Source: Botryllus schlosseri (lineage: Eukaryota). From it: a stretch of 64,000 nt of DNA. The stretch covers positions 21,206,001-21,270,000 of the forward strand of contig CM119371.1 in assembly GCA_051294905.1 (NCBI GenBank), in the 5' to 3' direction. Shown here in pieces: positions 37,101 through 52,100 of this stretch; the first letter of the stretch is position 1, and each line of letters begins with the position of its first letter. The position numbers and the translations under genes are program-made. Below the pieces are notes generated by a model. It did not search any database, was not told the origin of the DNA, and worked only from the letters and a program-made list of their open reading frames with translations.

Positions 37101-40100
37101 AATTCAAATCAAGTTGCCTTTTCGGAGCATTTTGCTAGCTGTCTGTAATGAGTGGTCACTGGTCATTAGGGTTGTCCAAAATTTGACAAATCTTGCAAAT
37201 CGTCCGTTGTAATGTCTTATTCTATATATTATTGATAAAAAACGGCACTGGGCCTAAATGAAGCTCACAGGAAGGCCATTAGGATTTCGTACAAAGCGTT
37301 TGAAATTAGCTGCCGAAGAATGGGCGCGTCACCGACCATATAACGACGAGAAGACTAATCACGAGACCATGGCTCTTGGTTGGCTAAACGGCTATGCTTC
37401 AATGACCACGACAGCAGCAGCTTCTGATCAGGTAATCAAGGCGTCTGCTACCGGCGGCGATTGTGAAATCGCATAGTATGTAGGGTGACAGATAATGATT
37501 TAGGATTGATTCAGGGTATGTTGAGGTACGAAATATATGATGAACAAACAGCAGCTGCTTCACAAAAACGTCTAAATCAGCGGTTCCTAACATTTTTTCA
37601 ATCATAGCCATCTTTTGAAGCTCCACACCGATCATCGCCTCCCAAATATTGGGAACCGAAAAATTGGTGTACAAACTGAGATCACCGGCGAGTTGACTGA
37701 TAGAAAAAGGTCAACTTATCAGCTCGACCTCGAAATTACACTTTTACAGCTAAATTTCGTGGGTTGACTGGATAAAATTCATTTCTCAAACTTGACTCCA
37801 ATCAGAAGCGTAACAGCACTTCGTCATGGGCCCTATAGGGTGATAAACAAAACCCCAGACCCCCTCAGCTAGTGGGCCTTTTGTCGCTACATGTTAGCTA
37901 CACCCTGTTCCATGTAGCTTACTGTTTGGTGAGTCACCTATTTTGCCTAAACGTGCGAAACGCGACAAATTTCTAGAATTCATGTTTGAATCGGTCAATA
38001 TAGTCGGGAATTGCATATATTTTGCAAGCAATTTTTTATCTTCTCTCTGCTCACGTAATCAGATTACCGGTAGAGCTTAGTGTGAGGTGTTGAAAATGGT
38101 AGGAGCCCTGAATAATAATTGAAAATCTTCGGGTGGACCCGTTGTTATATTGACTTCGTTGCATGATGCTTTTTCGTGACCTCCTATATCTGCTATGATG
38201 CCAAAATATATGGAAATCACCAAAATGTACCAAACTGAAAGACGGAATGATTTCAAATTGGTATTTCTTAACTGGCAAAAAATTTTTCTCTGTGGGATGG
38301 CATTTGTCCTGTAGGGTTCAGATCGCCAGGACAGGAACATCCAAAGCTAGCCATTGAGGCGCATATAAACAATTAAACATTCATGCATAATGTATATATA
38401 TCGAAGTTTCCAGTCAGCACAGCGGCATTCCTTTTGGCGAAGGTGTTCTCGCTGCTGATCGTTCTGGCATGCTTCTCGGAGTCGTATGTTACATGGCCTA
38501 TAACTTCATATGTCTTGGTGCGTCGTGGCGCAGTAACCGCCGATGCCGAAGTCTCCATTTCCTTGAATCATGCGTATTTTTGTTTGGGGAAGGGAACCCT
38601 ACCCCCTAATGAAGCTATATGACAATATTAAATCGCGTGCATCATTAAGGACTTTGACAACACTTGCAAGTGGACACAATTTGATGTGAGCATCTAATAA
38701 GTACCAAGCATAACCCGCTGATTCAGCCGATCCTGGTAGCATTCTGAACTTCAACTATGAGCTAGGCCTACTACAACATGAACCCAATAAGATCACACAT
38801 ATTATAGTGTGGTTTTTAAGCCCTATATTTGTATTCAATAATGATATATCCTTTCTGAAACTAGGAATCCATCGCCACTGGCATGAGAGCATATGCTTTC
38901 CCTAGTTGAAAACAATGCAGATAGGCGACGGCGGTTTCCTTCACAATAAAGCGGTCATGCTTTGGACGTTTTTTGAAGCAGCTGTTGTTTGCTCATCATG
39001 TATTTCGTACCTCAACATACGCCGAATCAATCCTAATTCATTATCTGTCAACCTACATACAATGCGATTTCACAATCGCCAACTGTAGCATACTCCTTGA
39101 TTCCCTAATCAGCAAGCTTTTGCTGTCGTGGTCATTGAAGCATAGCTGATTAGCCAGTTGCGATCAGTGGTTTCGTGATTACTCGTCATCTCGCCGTTGC
39201 ATAGTCGGTGCACGCCCCTTTTTCAGCAGCTACTTTCAAACGCTTTGCACGAAATCTTAACGGCCTTCTTGTGAGCTTCTTTTAGGCCTAGTGTCGTTTT
39301 TTTACCAATAAACTATATAAAAAGACATTACAACGGAGGATTTGTGAGATTTATCAAATTTTGGACAACCCAAGTGGTCATTGATTCTCAACCGATGAAC
39401 GAATATAGAGTTAAACGCTCACATATACGTAGAACTGTTAAACTACGTAAGTAATTGCATAGCCTTAGTTATAGTTACCAGCCAAAATTGGAGAAACGAA
39501 TTCATAAGATGCAATACACTATGAATTTACATGTTGATATCATACAATTCAAGCCTTCGCCAATGTATGAGGAGTATATAAATCATATGCGAGTTCAATT
39601 TAAATAAAACAAGATGTTTTGCTAAGGTAAGAACAGAAATGGATATTTTGCTATTAAAATACTTTACTATTAACTTACGGCAACGTGAGCTGTGGGCTTC
39701 GATCTCTGCGTTTGTGGTCTATTTATTTGTGGAATTGAACCAAATTTTGTGTGTAGGCCTAAATTAGGTAACCTAACAATTTTATCAAGTAGTCAGCACA
39801 ATTTGAGAAAAAAAGTCATTTTTGAATAGCCCTATTGTGCATGTTACTGAGCCTCGATTGTGATATCACAACAAAATGCAATGACTTCAAATCATGCCTC
39901 TCTACTTCTAACTTACTTCAAATTTACTCGATTTGTGACTTGATTGGTGACATCTCTTGACTTAACATGGGTCACCTCCTAAATTCGATGGACATGACAT
40001 GACTGGAGAAAAAATGTGCATTGACTCGTGATGACTTGTGACTAGATAGTGAATTGTTCCCAGCCCTGCTGGTAATCATGTCGTATTATCATTTTAGGGA

Positions 40101-43100
40101 CGTCTGAGCATAGTCTTTTATTGAAATTATGTTTAGATGGTGATCATCCTTATGGACACGCAAGGGATATTTGGTGGGAATTTGAAAAAAAGGGATGACA
40201 CTTTCTTGTTGACGCTCACAACGCTAATGAGCTCAGTACAAATATGCAATACTTCAAGGGATGTTAATATGGCTCTATTTGATGCATTGGACGTAAGTCA
40301 TATATCTTCATCGGTCGATATTTACAACCTTGCTTTCTATTGTAATGAGAAGTAAATTCAAAATTTACTGATTTTTTCCCTGGTTAGTGCATGAGGAAGT
40401 AATGGTGAATTTTCTACTGTAATGTGCCTATAATGGTGTTGATTGTGTTTCGTACACTGTAGTAACTATATGCTAGCTAGCTATTACAGGAATGATCAAC
40501 CATATTTTTTCTCAATGATATATAGCGACTGTTTTATAGACAAGGACAAATGTCGACCACGCCAACAACTAAGAAATCATAGCATGATTCTATTCAGTAA
40601 CATCTCGCTGAAGCATTGAGGTTCAATTATGTTCACATGTTCACATATAACTCGGTTTAACAGAACTATTATCTAGTAGCACTAGTACTAATTACGAGAA
40701 AGTCGTCATGCTTCGTCAAACTCTGGCTGTGAAGTCATAATTGTGGCAGCTACGGAAAACAAAAAAGTTCGCGTTTTTTGGCGGATGAATATGTATGGGG
40801 CTGGGGACTTTGCACCAAAATACGCTATACTTCAGGCATCTCTAAAATGGTAATCACGGCAGATCAGTTCTCTCCGCGTGTTCTTTATTGTTATTATTTC
40901 GTTTTGCATCAGTCACACCCTTTGTTACACCCTCTTTTCAAAAAACATCTAATTATCCCTTTCAAAGACTTCCTCTTTTTCAATCCGCCTGCAATCAGCA
41001 TTGTTTCCATCTCACGGCCGAAATAGTCCATAGGCCTATACACCACTCCGATAGCTCTACAGGGGCTGTGACTGGGAGATGGACCTATATAAATATAAAC
41101 ATAGTATATATATATATCAAGTTATTCATAGCGAGAAATATGATTTTACAAGTTGGACCACCAAAAGTGCCTATTCCTGGCCAGATCGATATGTAAAGTC
41201 GTGATCCCGTAATCCCGAAGGCTGACTAGTATTCATTTAGATCAGTGACTCCCAACCGCCGCTCTGAGAACCGCATGAGGCTCCCAGCTAGCCTTCTTGC
41301 GGCTCCCAATGACATTCGAAAATCCCACTGAAAATTAAAATATCAATTTATAGCAAAAAAATAAATGCGCATTTAAAAATTACCCTTGCTTGGCTTGAGT
41401 CCGGAGTTTTAAATGAGAGGTGGATACAAATTCCTTTGCTTTCGAGTAACGATTCTCTCCTCGGCAACGATTTCGTTCTCAACTCATGCCAAAAAGTATA
41501 TTCACTCTCAAATGCATTCGGATCGGCACTCAAATTTAAATCAGCTCACCACCAGACATAAGTGCAGTTGGTGTTACAACACATTTTCCAATGGTATCCA
41601 ACCCATCGAACCAATGGATCATTTGATGCATACAACAGGCTTATCAGCAACTATATTGATGCGTTCGACCGCCGCATTGACGGAATGAATGCTTTCTTGC
41701 TCATGATGAAAATGTTTACAAATCATATTACATTTAATGTGGACACTGCCCCTATAGTAATTTTGAACTTGAATCGCTAGATATTCAGTCATATATCGAA
41801 AATTACTTGGATTTTGGAGTCAAGTTTCAGATGGAAAGTATTTCAACTTGATAGCCAATGTCTAGAAAAACGATTCTCTATTCTAGTCAATATATGTTTG
41901 TGAAACCCTTTTTAGGAAAATAGTCAGAATAAAAAATCAATATCGCAATCGATTTACCGATGACCATCTCAAGCACCAATTCTCTTCAATTACGCCTCGC
42001 TTTGACACACTTCTTGAAGCCAAGGCCAAGCCAAGGCCAAGTCGGATATTAACTTGATTTCTGTATTTTTTCATTATAGTGTTGATATTCATTGTTACGT
42101 GTTTCCATTCTTTATAATTGTTGCTGTACCTAATGAGTATATTCGTGCGGCTCAAAATGTTCTCTGAAATTTGAAATGCGGCTCCGACACCAAAAAAATG
42201 ACGCATTTTAATTTTTGAACGGCTGACTTTCAGTCAAATCTTATGCTGTTCTCTGAACTGCAGTCAGACTAATCTCATTTTTCAATCTTACTATACTTAC
42301 TATACGCACAGAAATCGCGAATGGTGATGTTATGAATAGCTACTCGAAATCGTGATGGTTGCGGGAATCACTTTCGTCATTAGTTATAGTTTGAGTCACA
42401 TATTACGATAAAATATTTATTCTTTCTCAGTCCATGTCATTGGATCCGCCGGTAAAGTAGATGGGCCGACTGTTTTCATAAATTATGGCATGTTATAAAT
42501 GATGATTCATCTTTGATTGGGTGAATTTTTATTAGTGACTTTGTGTCATGCTGGTAATTCTTGACCTCTGATCAGGATTTTCGGTATAGTGGAATCGCCT
42601 AAACGTACCAGACATATTTTCCTCCGTGATGCACTCACCATTCTAGGCGTATCATTCTCCTCTGCTGTTCGCATCTGTGCTATGGGGATCAGAGTACAAA
42701 GGGTGCTACCACATTAAAATCGAAAATATGATGCTGCATAGAATCGCGACTGGCGCGAACAAAATTTCAAGATTAAATAAAATATTTTAAATATTCGACT
42801 GTCAATTCATGAATCCAAGTTACAATGTCAACTGCCAGCAACACAATACAATAATCGAGTTAGGTTTGACGGCCGCACATATTTCTCTCTACGGCCGCAG
42901 GTTGGCCACGCGTGACAAAAGATATCCATTTTTTATGTCTCTAAATCGTAAATGGAAAGCAAAATGACAAACTATATCCCCATTTGTCATATATCCAGAT
43001 TTATAACCATAAACAACATTGTTTTGCCATCATCATGCCTTCAAGCTTGAATAACCAAGTATACATTGAGTCGAAATTCGCTGGCAGGAAGGCCGCATGA

Positions 43101-46100
43101 AATACCACCGTGAGTTCTTGGCTGATAGTGGTGTGCGAGCATAACACGGCGACATAATGAGTTATTTACCAACTGAATAAATGTAGCATTACTACAGCCT
43201 ACCTCATATTATAAGCTTGTCAAAAAAACAGCTAGACATGATTCGGTCGCCACTGCAATCGAACGCAGTCGTTACTGTAGCATTAGCTAGTCACAGCATG
43301 ATTTTATAATAACTAAAAAGCAGCGACTAGCCCAAAATACTTGCCACAAAATCTAAGTCACCTACAATACAGAGAAGGGCAATCGCAAATACACCGCGGT
43401 ATCTGAGTAATGAGCATTATGGTTTCAAAACGGGAGGGGTCTGGTTGAAATGAAAACAATAGCAGATGCATTTTTTGCGAGCGTCGACCTGCTCGATCTC
43501 GCAAGTGTTTTGTACCAGATGCGGCTGCTAGTTCAGAGATGGAAGCGGGCCGGGTGAGCCGGACCCGAACCCGGCCCGAACCCGACAAGTTCAGCCCGAA
43601 CCCGGCCCGAACCCGACGGTAAAGTTTTGAGCCCGTTTCGGCCCGAAACCTAGTTCAAATAGCAATTTTCAACTGTTGCGAGCAAATAAGCTGATATACG
43701 ATTCAAATTTCGAGCTTTTCAACGCTTTCAATGCTCTCACTTCGTTTTCTTTCGATAGCAATCTTGCATATGGCAAGAGAACTTAATATGTCTGAATGAG
43801 AATACGCTGAAAACAGCCCCACTGTTAACTTAGTTCCACCATCCTTTTTGCAAAATGTGGACTGTATTAAATGGTTCAATATTAAACTAAATTAAAGCAA
43901 TAAAGGAATGAAATTGGCCAAGATGAGAAAAAATAGTGTGTTCAAAATACAAGTCAACTGTCATCCATACAAAGGGCGTTGCATTCACACGTTATACGAA
44001 GAATTGATTATTTCAATAGCCTCAACAGTTACTGGATACAGTCGGGTTCGTCTCTCAATTTGTAAATGGGTAATTAACAATATGAAGTTATTGTTTCGCG
44101 TTATTCTGAAGTTCTGTACCACAAATCACTTGTTCAAATAAATGGGTAATGTATGGCATCTTATCAATTCGTTCTCAATCAATTCTCTATCCTCTATTTT
44201 GGCTGGTGACTATCAACGTAGTTTACCAGTTATACGTATATGTGAGCGATACAGCGCCTGCTTGCGTGTATATTCAACTCTATATTCGTTTAGCGGTTCA
44301 GAATCAGGGACCACTCAATATGTATTTCAGACAGCTAGCAAAATGCAATGATGCAATCATGCCTCATACTTCGAAATGGCAACTTGACTTGAATTGTGAC
44401 TTGACTCGTGACTTGACTTGACTTGACTCGACTTGACTCGAGTCACCTTTGAAAATCGATTGACTTGACTTGACTCGAGTCAAAATGCGCAATAACTCGA
44501 AATGACTCGTGACTCGAAGGAAGTGACTTGATCCCAACACTGCTATATAACAATACTACCGCTGTCACATAGCCTAATACAATATAAGTTAGTTTCCGTA
44601 TAGACCTAAAGCAATTCACCATGGACGACAAAATCACTATGGCGCATCTAAAAGCTTTCTTTAATAAATATTAACACCGCCGTAACACATCTATCGATCA
44701 ATTCTGCTGTGCCACAACGGAAGCCGTCGTCTATACCTGCTTCTAGCTGTTCAGTTCATCATGCCTCATCGAAATTAAAAAACTAAACTGGTAGTAATCC
44801 AGGCTCCAGCATGGTAATCCATCCATCCGTAAGTCATGTTTTCGTCACAATGTGGCCTGAACAATGATCAATGTCTGGCGTATTTGGGACACTTGTTTAC
44901 TATTTAGCTGACATTGTTTCATTATTCAATCATAGTCTTCGGGCCGTCTTATAATGAAGTTTATCTGGGTTCGTACTTCGTATAAAATTTATTCACAGAT
45001 ATTGCCATACTTATACGTGATACGGTATTGGTGTATCTTATATGTAGTTGTGCCACTTTCGAACAAAATTGCAAATCAAATGCTTTTCGTAGTGACTATT
45101 CGGCCCGATTCAATCCCGATAATTTTTATAACTTTGGGCCCGAACCCGGCCCGAGCCCGGCCCGAACCCGGCCCGAACCCGAAAAGCCCGGCCCGACTTC
45201 CATCTCTGTGCTAGTTACAGTAGGTCCCGAACGGATATTCATGCATGATCACATATGTGGTCGAGCGTGACAGGTTACCAGCCCATGGGTCATGCCAATC
45301 GATAATTTGATGGATGCTGCTTTAAAGAAACTTCTATTTGCCGATTATCGTTCAGACCGCCATTAGCTACGGAGAATTGGCAGCCAATGAAGACAGATTC
45401 TTGAAAGTAAGAATTATAAATGGAAATCGCTATTTTGTTGAATAAAATTTATTTTCAAATACTTTTTCAAGCTCCAAGATCTATTCTTCCTCCTGAGAGA
45501 CCAGAAGAAGAATCGCCAAATATATTTCGATCATTTAATGATGAATGAGGAATTGTCAGACGAAAATAAAGTCATTCGTGACAAAATAAGGAAAACCTTC
45601 ACGCATGTGGATCTTTTTTGTTTACCGCCACCAGGAGATATTGTTGAAGATTTGAGTCAAGAAGTCATTGAGATCAAGATGGAAGGTACTAGTAATCCGA
45701 CAGTTTTCTGTCAGTATCATTCATGATATGCAGTGAATGCTAGGAACATCTGTCTTTAGAAAACCATATTATTCAAAAGTGTATTATTTATTCGAAATTC
45801 CGTCGCGTATCGATTTCGCGTGAAGTTCTCGATCGAAATCGAAATTCATGAAACGGATACATCGCATACCTCTACCAAAATCTAGATCAGCATTGATCGC
45901 TATAGGCTATACTCGTTGGCAAGTCATTCAGTTTATATTCGAAATGTATCGACCCTTGTATGACTCTTTGAGTTTTTGAAGAGTATGTTGAGCGTCGACA
46001 CTTAGGAAACGGATATATTCTTTTTTTCAAAATGAAACGAAATTCACCTGAAAAAGTATTGTAATACAATGAATATCTAAAAACTAGGCTACTACTAAAT

Positions 46101-49100
46101 CCAATAACACTGATGAATGATGCAAAGGAAATTTTTGCGTTAGAGATATATCTTGTGCAATGGAGTGTATGCGATTGAATCAACAGACATTGTCGATTCG
46201 ACGGAGATGCTGAATATTTGGCTCGATTCGAATCAATATAATCGATCGAAATTTACATCATTTCATTATATACTCCCTCTGAATGAAATACCAATCAATT
46301 TGCACAATAAGCAGCTATACAATCTTGCGTAATGAAATAAAAAAATTATTATTCATGCTAACTGCATCGAAAATATAGTATAACTTTGTCTGGAGCTGAA
46401 ATTTTTCCCCTCGTGGCAATAGTATAAAAAAGTATGGCTTAGAATGGATTAATAATCTGTTTTTTTTTCAACCTAAGGGAATTATTTGTTCAGGTGGGTT
46501 TGATTTTGAGATTTTTTAAGTCGTCATCGTTTGGGTAAGGTCGTCGTCTTGGGTAGGCGCAATCCCAGCAATGACGACCTACGGGAAAGACATGTTGTCG
46601 TTACGCATTGGGATTTTTACCTAAACAAATTCCGTTTCCATATATTTGACCACAATAATTCCAACTAGATCCACTACATAAATCATATACTGCGCCTTAA
46701 AATGGGTAGAAACGTTTTTGACCGCCTTAGGCACCCATAACTTAAGCAGATGGTACGCGAGCACTGCATAGAACCTCGAAATAATACGTGGGTGGAAAAA
46801 AGGTGGGGAACCGCTAGATTAAGACAATGAGTTCAGTGCTAACATAATTTAGCTGCTTCTATGCAATGTCTTGTCAATTAGAAAAGCATCTTTGAACTCG
46901 ATATATTCACCCGCAATTACTAGTTATAACTGCTAGAGAGGGAGAATAATCCTAACCGCCAGGCCAACCATGAGATCATTCTTGAAATTTCTATTCCACA
47001 TAGCTAGTTTGATTCATACGACATGAAAAATCGATCCATTGAATTATGGATTTTTTGATCCCCTGCCTACCTATGGCAACTCACATATTATGGGAAAAAA
47101 AGTTTATTGACACATTGTTACATCTTAGAAATTCACAAGAAGTTTCTGGAGGCCGTTCAAGCATTTCTGACGTCGACTATCAGTCCCATTGAAAGATTGA
47201 AGCCGAAACTTAACAATGGCGAGGATCCAATTAAATTGAGAGATCTGTTGAAGCTGTTGATACTCTGCGACGATATGTTTAAGAAGATCAACATTGGTGA
47301 ACGTATTGATCCAGGAAAGATCATTGAGGTAAGGAGGTGAAATTGAAGGGTGTAAAACAGGGCCGGCCAACCCGTGGCCCGCGGGCCAAATGTGGCCCGC
47401 GAGAAGGTTTTGAGTGGCCCGCAAGGTAATTTGCGAAATTTCTAATATTATCAAAATCGATTGCACAGATTGTGAACTTGCAAGGCCAACCAAAAATTTG
47501 ATTAGTGTGGCCGCAGCACTTGAGATGTGATGACTAAAATATCAGTTCCGACGCATACAATAAAGCAGAATAATCTGCGATGGATTTATCTAAATTAAAA
47601 TTTGTCTACAAGATTCGTGTAACATAGTCACTCGATTTCTTGCTTTTAATATTGTTTCCCCTTTGTGAAAATGAAAGAACTTCTATGTATCGGATTGAGT
47701 CTAACTATAGTCGCGATTACGAGACAAAGTGTCCTTCAACATATGCGACCTGCGTCCATATGTCACAAGACGAAAGCCTCATGAAACGTTATAAAAATAT
47801 TCGCAATATGTGTGATGATAATTTATTTGTTACGGCAACTTGATTATACCTGAAGTAACATATATTCAAGATGATATTGAGCAGTACTATCAGTATCAGT
47901 GTATAAATATTTTCATCATTTCAAAACACCACAAAACTGTGATGCAATGAAAAGATAGGAAGGTGTTGAAACGACCTGGAGTAGTCATTGAAATCAGACA
48001 CCCACCTTGGCCCAGGATAAGTAGAGAAGAGGCATGCACACTGACTGAAAAGTAAAGCAAATAATATAAAGGCAGGCGACAAAATGAGGTGGCTTGTGGC
48101 GGAAGCCGAGATCGATATGTTTGGCAGTCGTCCGGTAATCCTGACGGATGACTAGTATTTATTAAGAAGAAATTGCTTGTGTTTTGACTTGAATGCGGAC
48201 ATGCTCGACGACAGTCGGATAGCCGGCGAGATGCTGTTCAACAATTGTCTAACTAAATGATTTGTATTGGCTGATCGCGCAATACCAACGGTGCGGTCGA
48301 CGCAATTTGAAAGTTTCGTTTGCTCGTCATCCCAGAAAGTCATAAAAGAAATTACTTTATCCATATGTTATGTATGATTTTTGATTGACAACTCAAGCAA
48401 GTTTATTACTTTGAGTTTGGTACATGAAGAAACCAATTCTTGCGTGTGCTACGTATACATTCGTCTTCATTTTGTTTACTTATGTACAACACATTCATAA
48501 CTTTGGTCACAACTTATTCATACTGAATTGTTCAATGCCATCTAAAAATCGAAACGTTGAAGATGAATGCTCCAATATTATTAAAGAGACTAATAAGTAT
48601 TTTCGTCCATGCGTCGGAGGTAATGTGATATGTATCACTGATGAAAATAACGAATCGGTTGCAGCAATTTAAAACGTACTATAAGCACAATAACATAATC
48701 TTAGCCACAATTTATCAAATAACGAGCTGCTGAATAAATCAACTGAATAAATTATTTGTTTGAGACAACTTCGAATTATGTTGAGGTAGTCTCACGACAG
48801 AAAGTGAAAACGACTGGATTTAGACAGTAAGCCACTAAGTGTTTTAAAGACAACAAGGTCAGCATTGTGTATGCTGAGTAGGTAAATCGGCTGATCCCAA
48901 ATTCCTAATATTGACAAATATGTTATTCAGGATTAACAGCTTGAAAAATCTCGTTCACGTTTTAGACGCGTGTGCGTTTGCATCAAATCAAACTTTGATA
49001 TATTTTAAATATGTATAATTATTTCATCAGCTACAGCTTCGAGCTATCACGGATTCCAAAGACGTAATGAAGGGTTCACTTCTCTGAGGACATGAATATG

Positions 49101-52100
49101 TAGCAGGACAGAGTCCTTGCTGCTGTTAACACGACACAGATGACCATATGCTTCCCTCGCAAGTTGAGGCAAAATGCATCAGCCGGCTTAAAAAAGGATT
49201 GATGTCTGTAAATCTAAATTCTGTTCTCGAGTCATCAAAGACACATCGGATAAAATATTTGTACGAGCTGTCAGGACGTATGAGCAATCTCCGAAAGGAG
49301 TCGGTAATATTAAAATAAATTATAAATTCTCCCTATGGTTACACCAAGTCGTTATTATACAGTAAAGTAATGGTGAAAGGAAAATGCATACGATAAACAG
49401 GACGTATTCGTACAAACTACGGTGAATCATGGACCGTAGTGGGATTGGATATCCAGCCGGACTTTTTCAGTTTTGGCAATAGTCGGAGCCGGAGCCATAG
49501 CCGGTGCCATAGCCGGATCAGTACTTTTTTGATACGAACAAAATCTTTATCGATAAGCATGACATTTTTTAATTAAATAACTACCAACTACACGCTAGCA
49601 ACCGCCAAGCCAGTGCGAAAATAAACGAGCAATATTTATAAATTCACGGAACCACTGTACCGTACCACATTTATGTCCAGTCATCACAACAGTCATTCCC
49701 TGATGAGGCAATTTTCCCTCCAATATTCTACCAGCATAGTGTTGTATATGGTGTCGACACAAGCAAATCTCACGCCTCAGTGAAATTGAAACACGTCACA
49801 ATTGCCATTTGTCTACAGGCAATTTGACGGTCATTTTTGACAGGCTTGACGAACATTAAATTTGGTAAAACGGGTATCAATCGATGGCTGACTCTGCACT
49901 GATTACGAAAATATAAATTTTATTCCGCTCGTGGCCCTGGAACCTCCACAATTAGCCTCGAATTTTTCATTGTTATGGAGATTGGCATTGTGACGAAACA
50001 ATGCTGCCTGGATAAACAAGACCGCATGTCAGGAGCAAATGAGTCCTGGTCCTGGTGGGGAATGAAGGCTCGGAATAAATCTGAAATGGGGAATGAATAC
50101 AAAAAGGTTGGGAACCACTGTCCTAGATAGTTATGAAATTACAAATAACAACCTAAAACTGGGGTCATCGACCTTTTTGCAACCAAGACCTACTTCTTGG
50201 GTACTGATTAAAGCGACGGGCTACTATTCACTCCCGCCGTTTACCCGTACCAGACTGAATTTTAATTTTGATATTCATATATCATATATAGCGCTGGGAA
50301 GGGATCACATTGCGGTAAGACTTCTAAGACAGTCTTGTAAAATCAAAACATGTCATTTCAAGTAGCTAGTTATTAACATTTTACAAGAAATCATGATTTT
50401 TTGCACTATGTTTGTATACATGGCCCAAGCAGTACTTCGTCCGCTCATACAGCCATCCCCCCACCTCCCCAAAAGACGTTGCTTTTGGGTCCCAATATGA
50501 TCATAAACCCTCCTTGCCAACGTTTTGCTACAACCAGTACTGCACGTTTTACTTTCATATGGTGCCTGTGAATAACTGTAAGTAGTAGCGCAGGGCTCAA
50601 AAAAATTTCATATTCAGATTGGAAATTTTGTCTAAAATATTGGTAATTGCATATATCGCTATTAATTTTTCAACGTTTCTCATACCACGTGATAAGATTT
50701 ACAGGCAGAGCTGAAGGAGTTGGTGACTTTGGATAATGATAAAAAACGTATCACTATTCCGCGCCAAGGACAATTGGCAATTATTGGTTTCTGTCAACAT
50801 GCATCACTCATTTTCAACTTTTTCTGGTGGTTGCTTGACTCAAGGAGTGCTGAGTCTGATTATACACTCCGCGCGGCTGTAGAGTGCGGTTTTATTGGGT
50901 AACACACTTCGCGAAGTCGCATGTTGGCTGAACGAAGTAGCTGATTGGTGGTACAAAAGCTGAACACGGCTTTTAACAGTAAATTCATATTTATTGACTC
51001 GAAGAACTTTTCGCGTGCCTCTTATCAAGAGCAACCGGCACGATAGAGGACACAGAAAAGAGATGGATTCAAAACCAAATGGCGAATTGTGACGCAATAA
51101 TGAAAATTTATAAATAACATGAATGGAAATTCAACCATAGCAACAATGCGGCGTATATAGCAACAATCAACTTCAAGAAGTAGTGCCCGTGAGGAATAAC
51201 ATACAAATACAATGAGACAATGCAGCAACACAGAAAAAAATTGTACAGAAATACGGACGAATAGCTAATCAACAACAACTAGTGTGAGATTTTAAGATTA
51301 TACAAAAATTCTTTCTGGCGACCAAGGACCGGGTTGTTGAGTTTGATGAAAGTGGATTTTAAAGCTGTTAAATGAAATATGGTTCTACCCTTGGATAAAA
51401 CTGAAAATATGTCGTCTGAATAGTTTGAGGCGCAAGACGGGTTGTCGATCAAATGCTGGCCAATTGAAGAACTGCATGCCAACACTTGACTGTACGATTG
51501 GGATTTTTATGCGTGTTTCTGTTTACATTGCTGAGTGATATTTTCAGAATCGGGAGACTGCGATGCCGATCTTATCCCATTAGGAACATGCTGTTTGATA
51601 CGCTCTAGCAAGCGTTGGGATGTGCGTCCCACGTACAATTCGCCATTTGGTTTTGAATCCATCTCTGTTCTGTATCCTTTATCGTGCCGGTTGCTCTTGA
51701 TAAGAGGCACGCGAAAAGTTCTTCGAGTCAATAAATATGAATTTACTGTTAAAAGCTGAACGAAGTCTTGGTATTGGTTGACCGTCGCTGAAATGCCAAA
51801 GTTGTTTTATAAATAACGAGTAATCTTTTGTGTTTGCGCTAAGGGTCCCCATACCAAAAAGTAAACATTTGAGTACAGTAAATCATGTGAAGCGCGAAGG
51901 AAATTTGAAGTTCTCATTGATTTACGAGTTAGCAAGCTCTAGTGGGGTAATAGATAGGATTGTACACCAACATCGCAAAAATATGTATGTGGTACGAGCT
52001 ACAATCATTTGTAAATTACTTGTTATTGTGATTTAAAGAAGCTAATTCAATCAATCACTACATTTATATAGTACACTCTAAATTCGAATGCGTGCGGAGG

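Noticed and set aside
36843..37148. 101-aa ORF with SQVTSHK repeats, or a telomere-like array
   Set aside because: Translation of a (CACAAGT)n expansion of a transposon subterminal motif.
50850..51810. Hammerhead ribozyme in the Penelope repeat
   Set aside because: Only a non-canonical CTGAACGA...GAAA was seen, and I could not build the three stems by eye.
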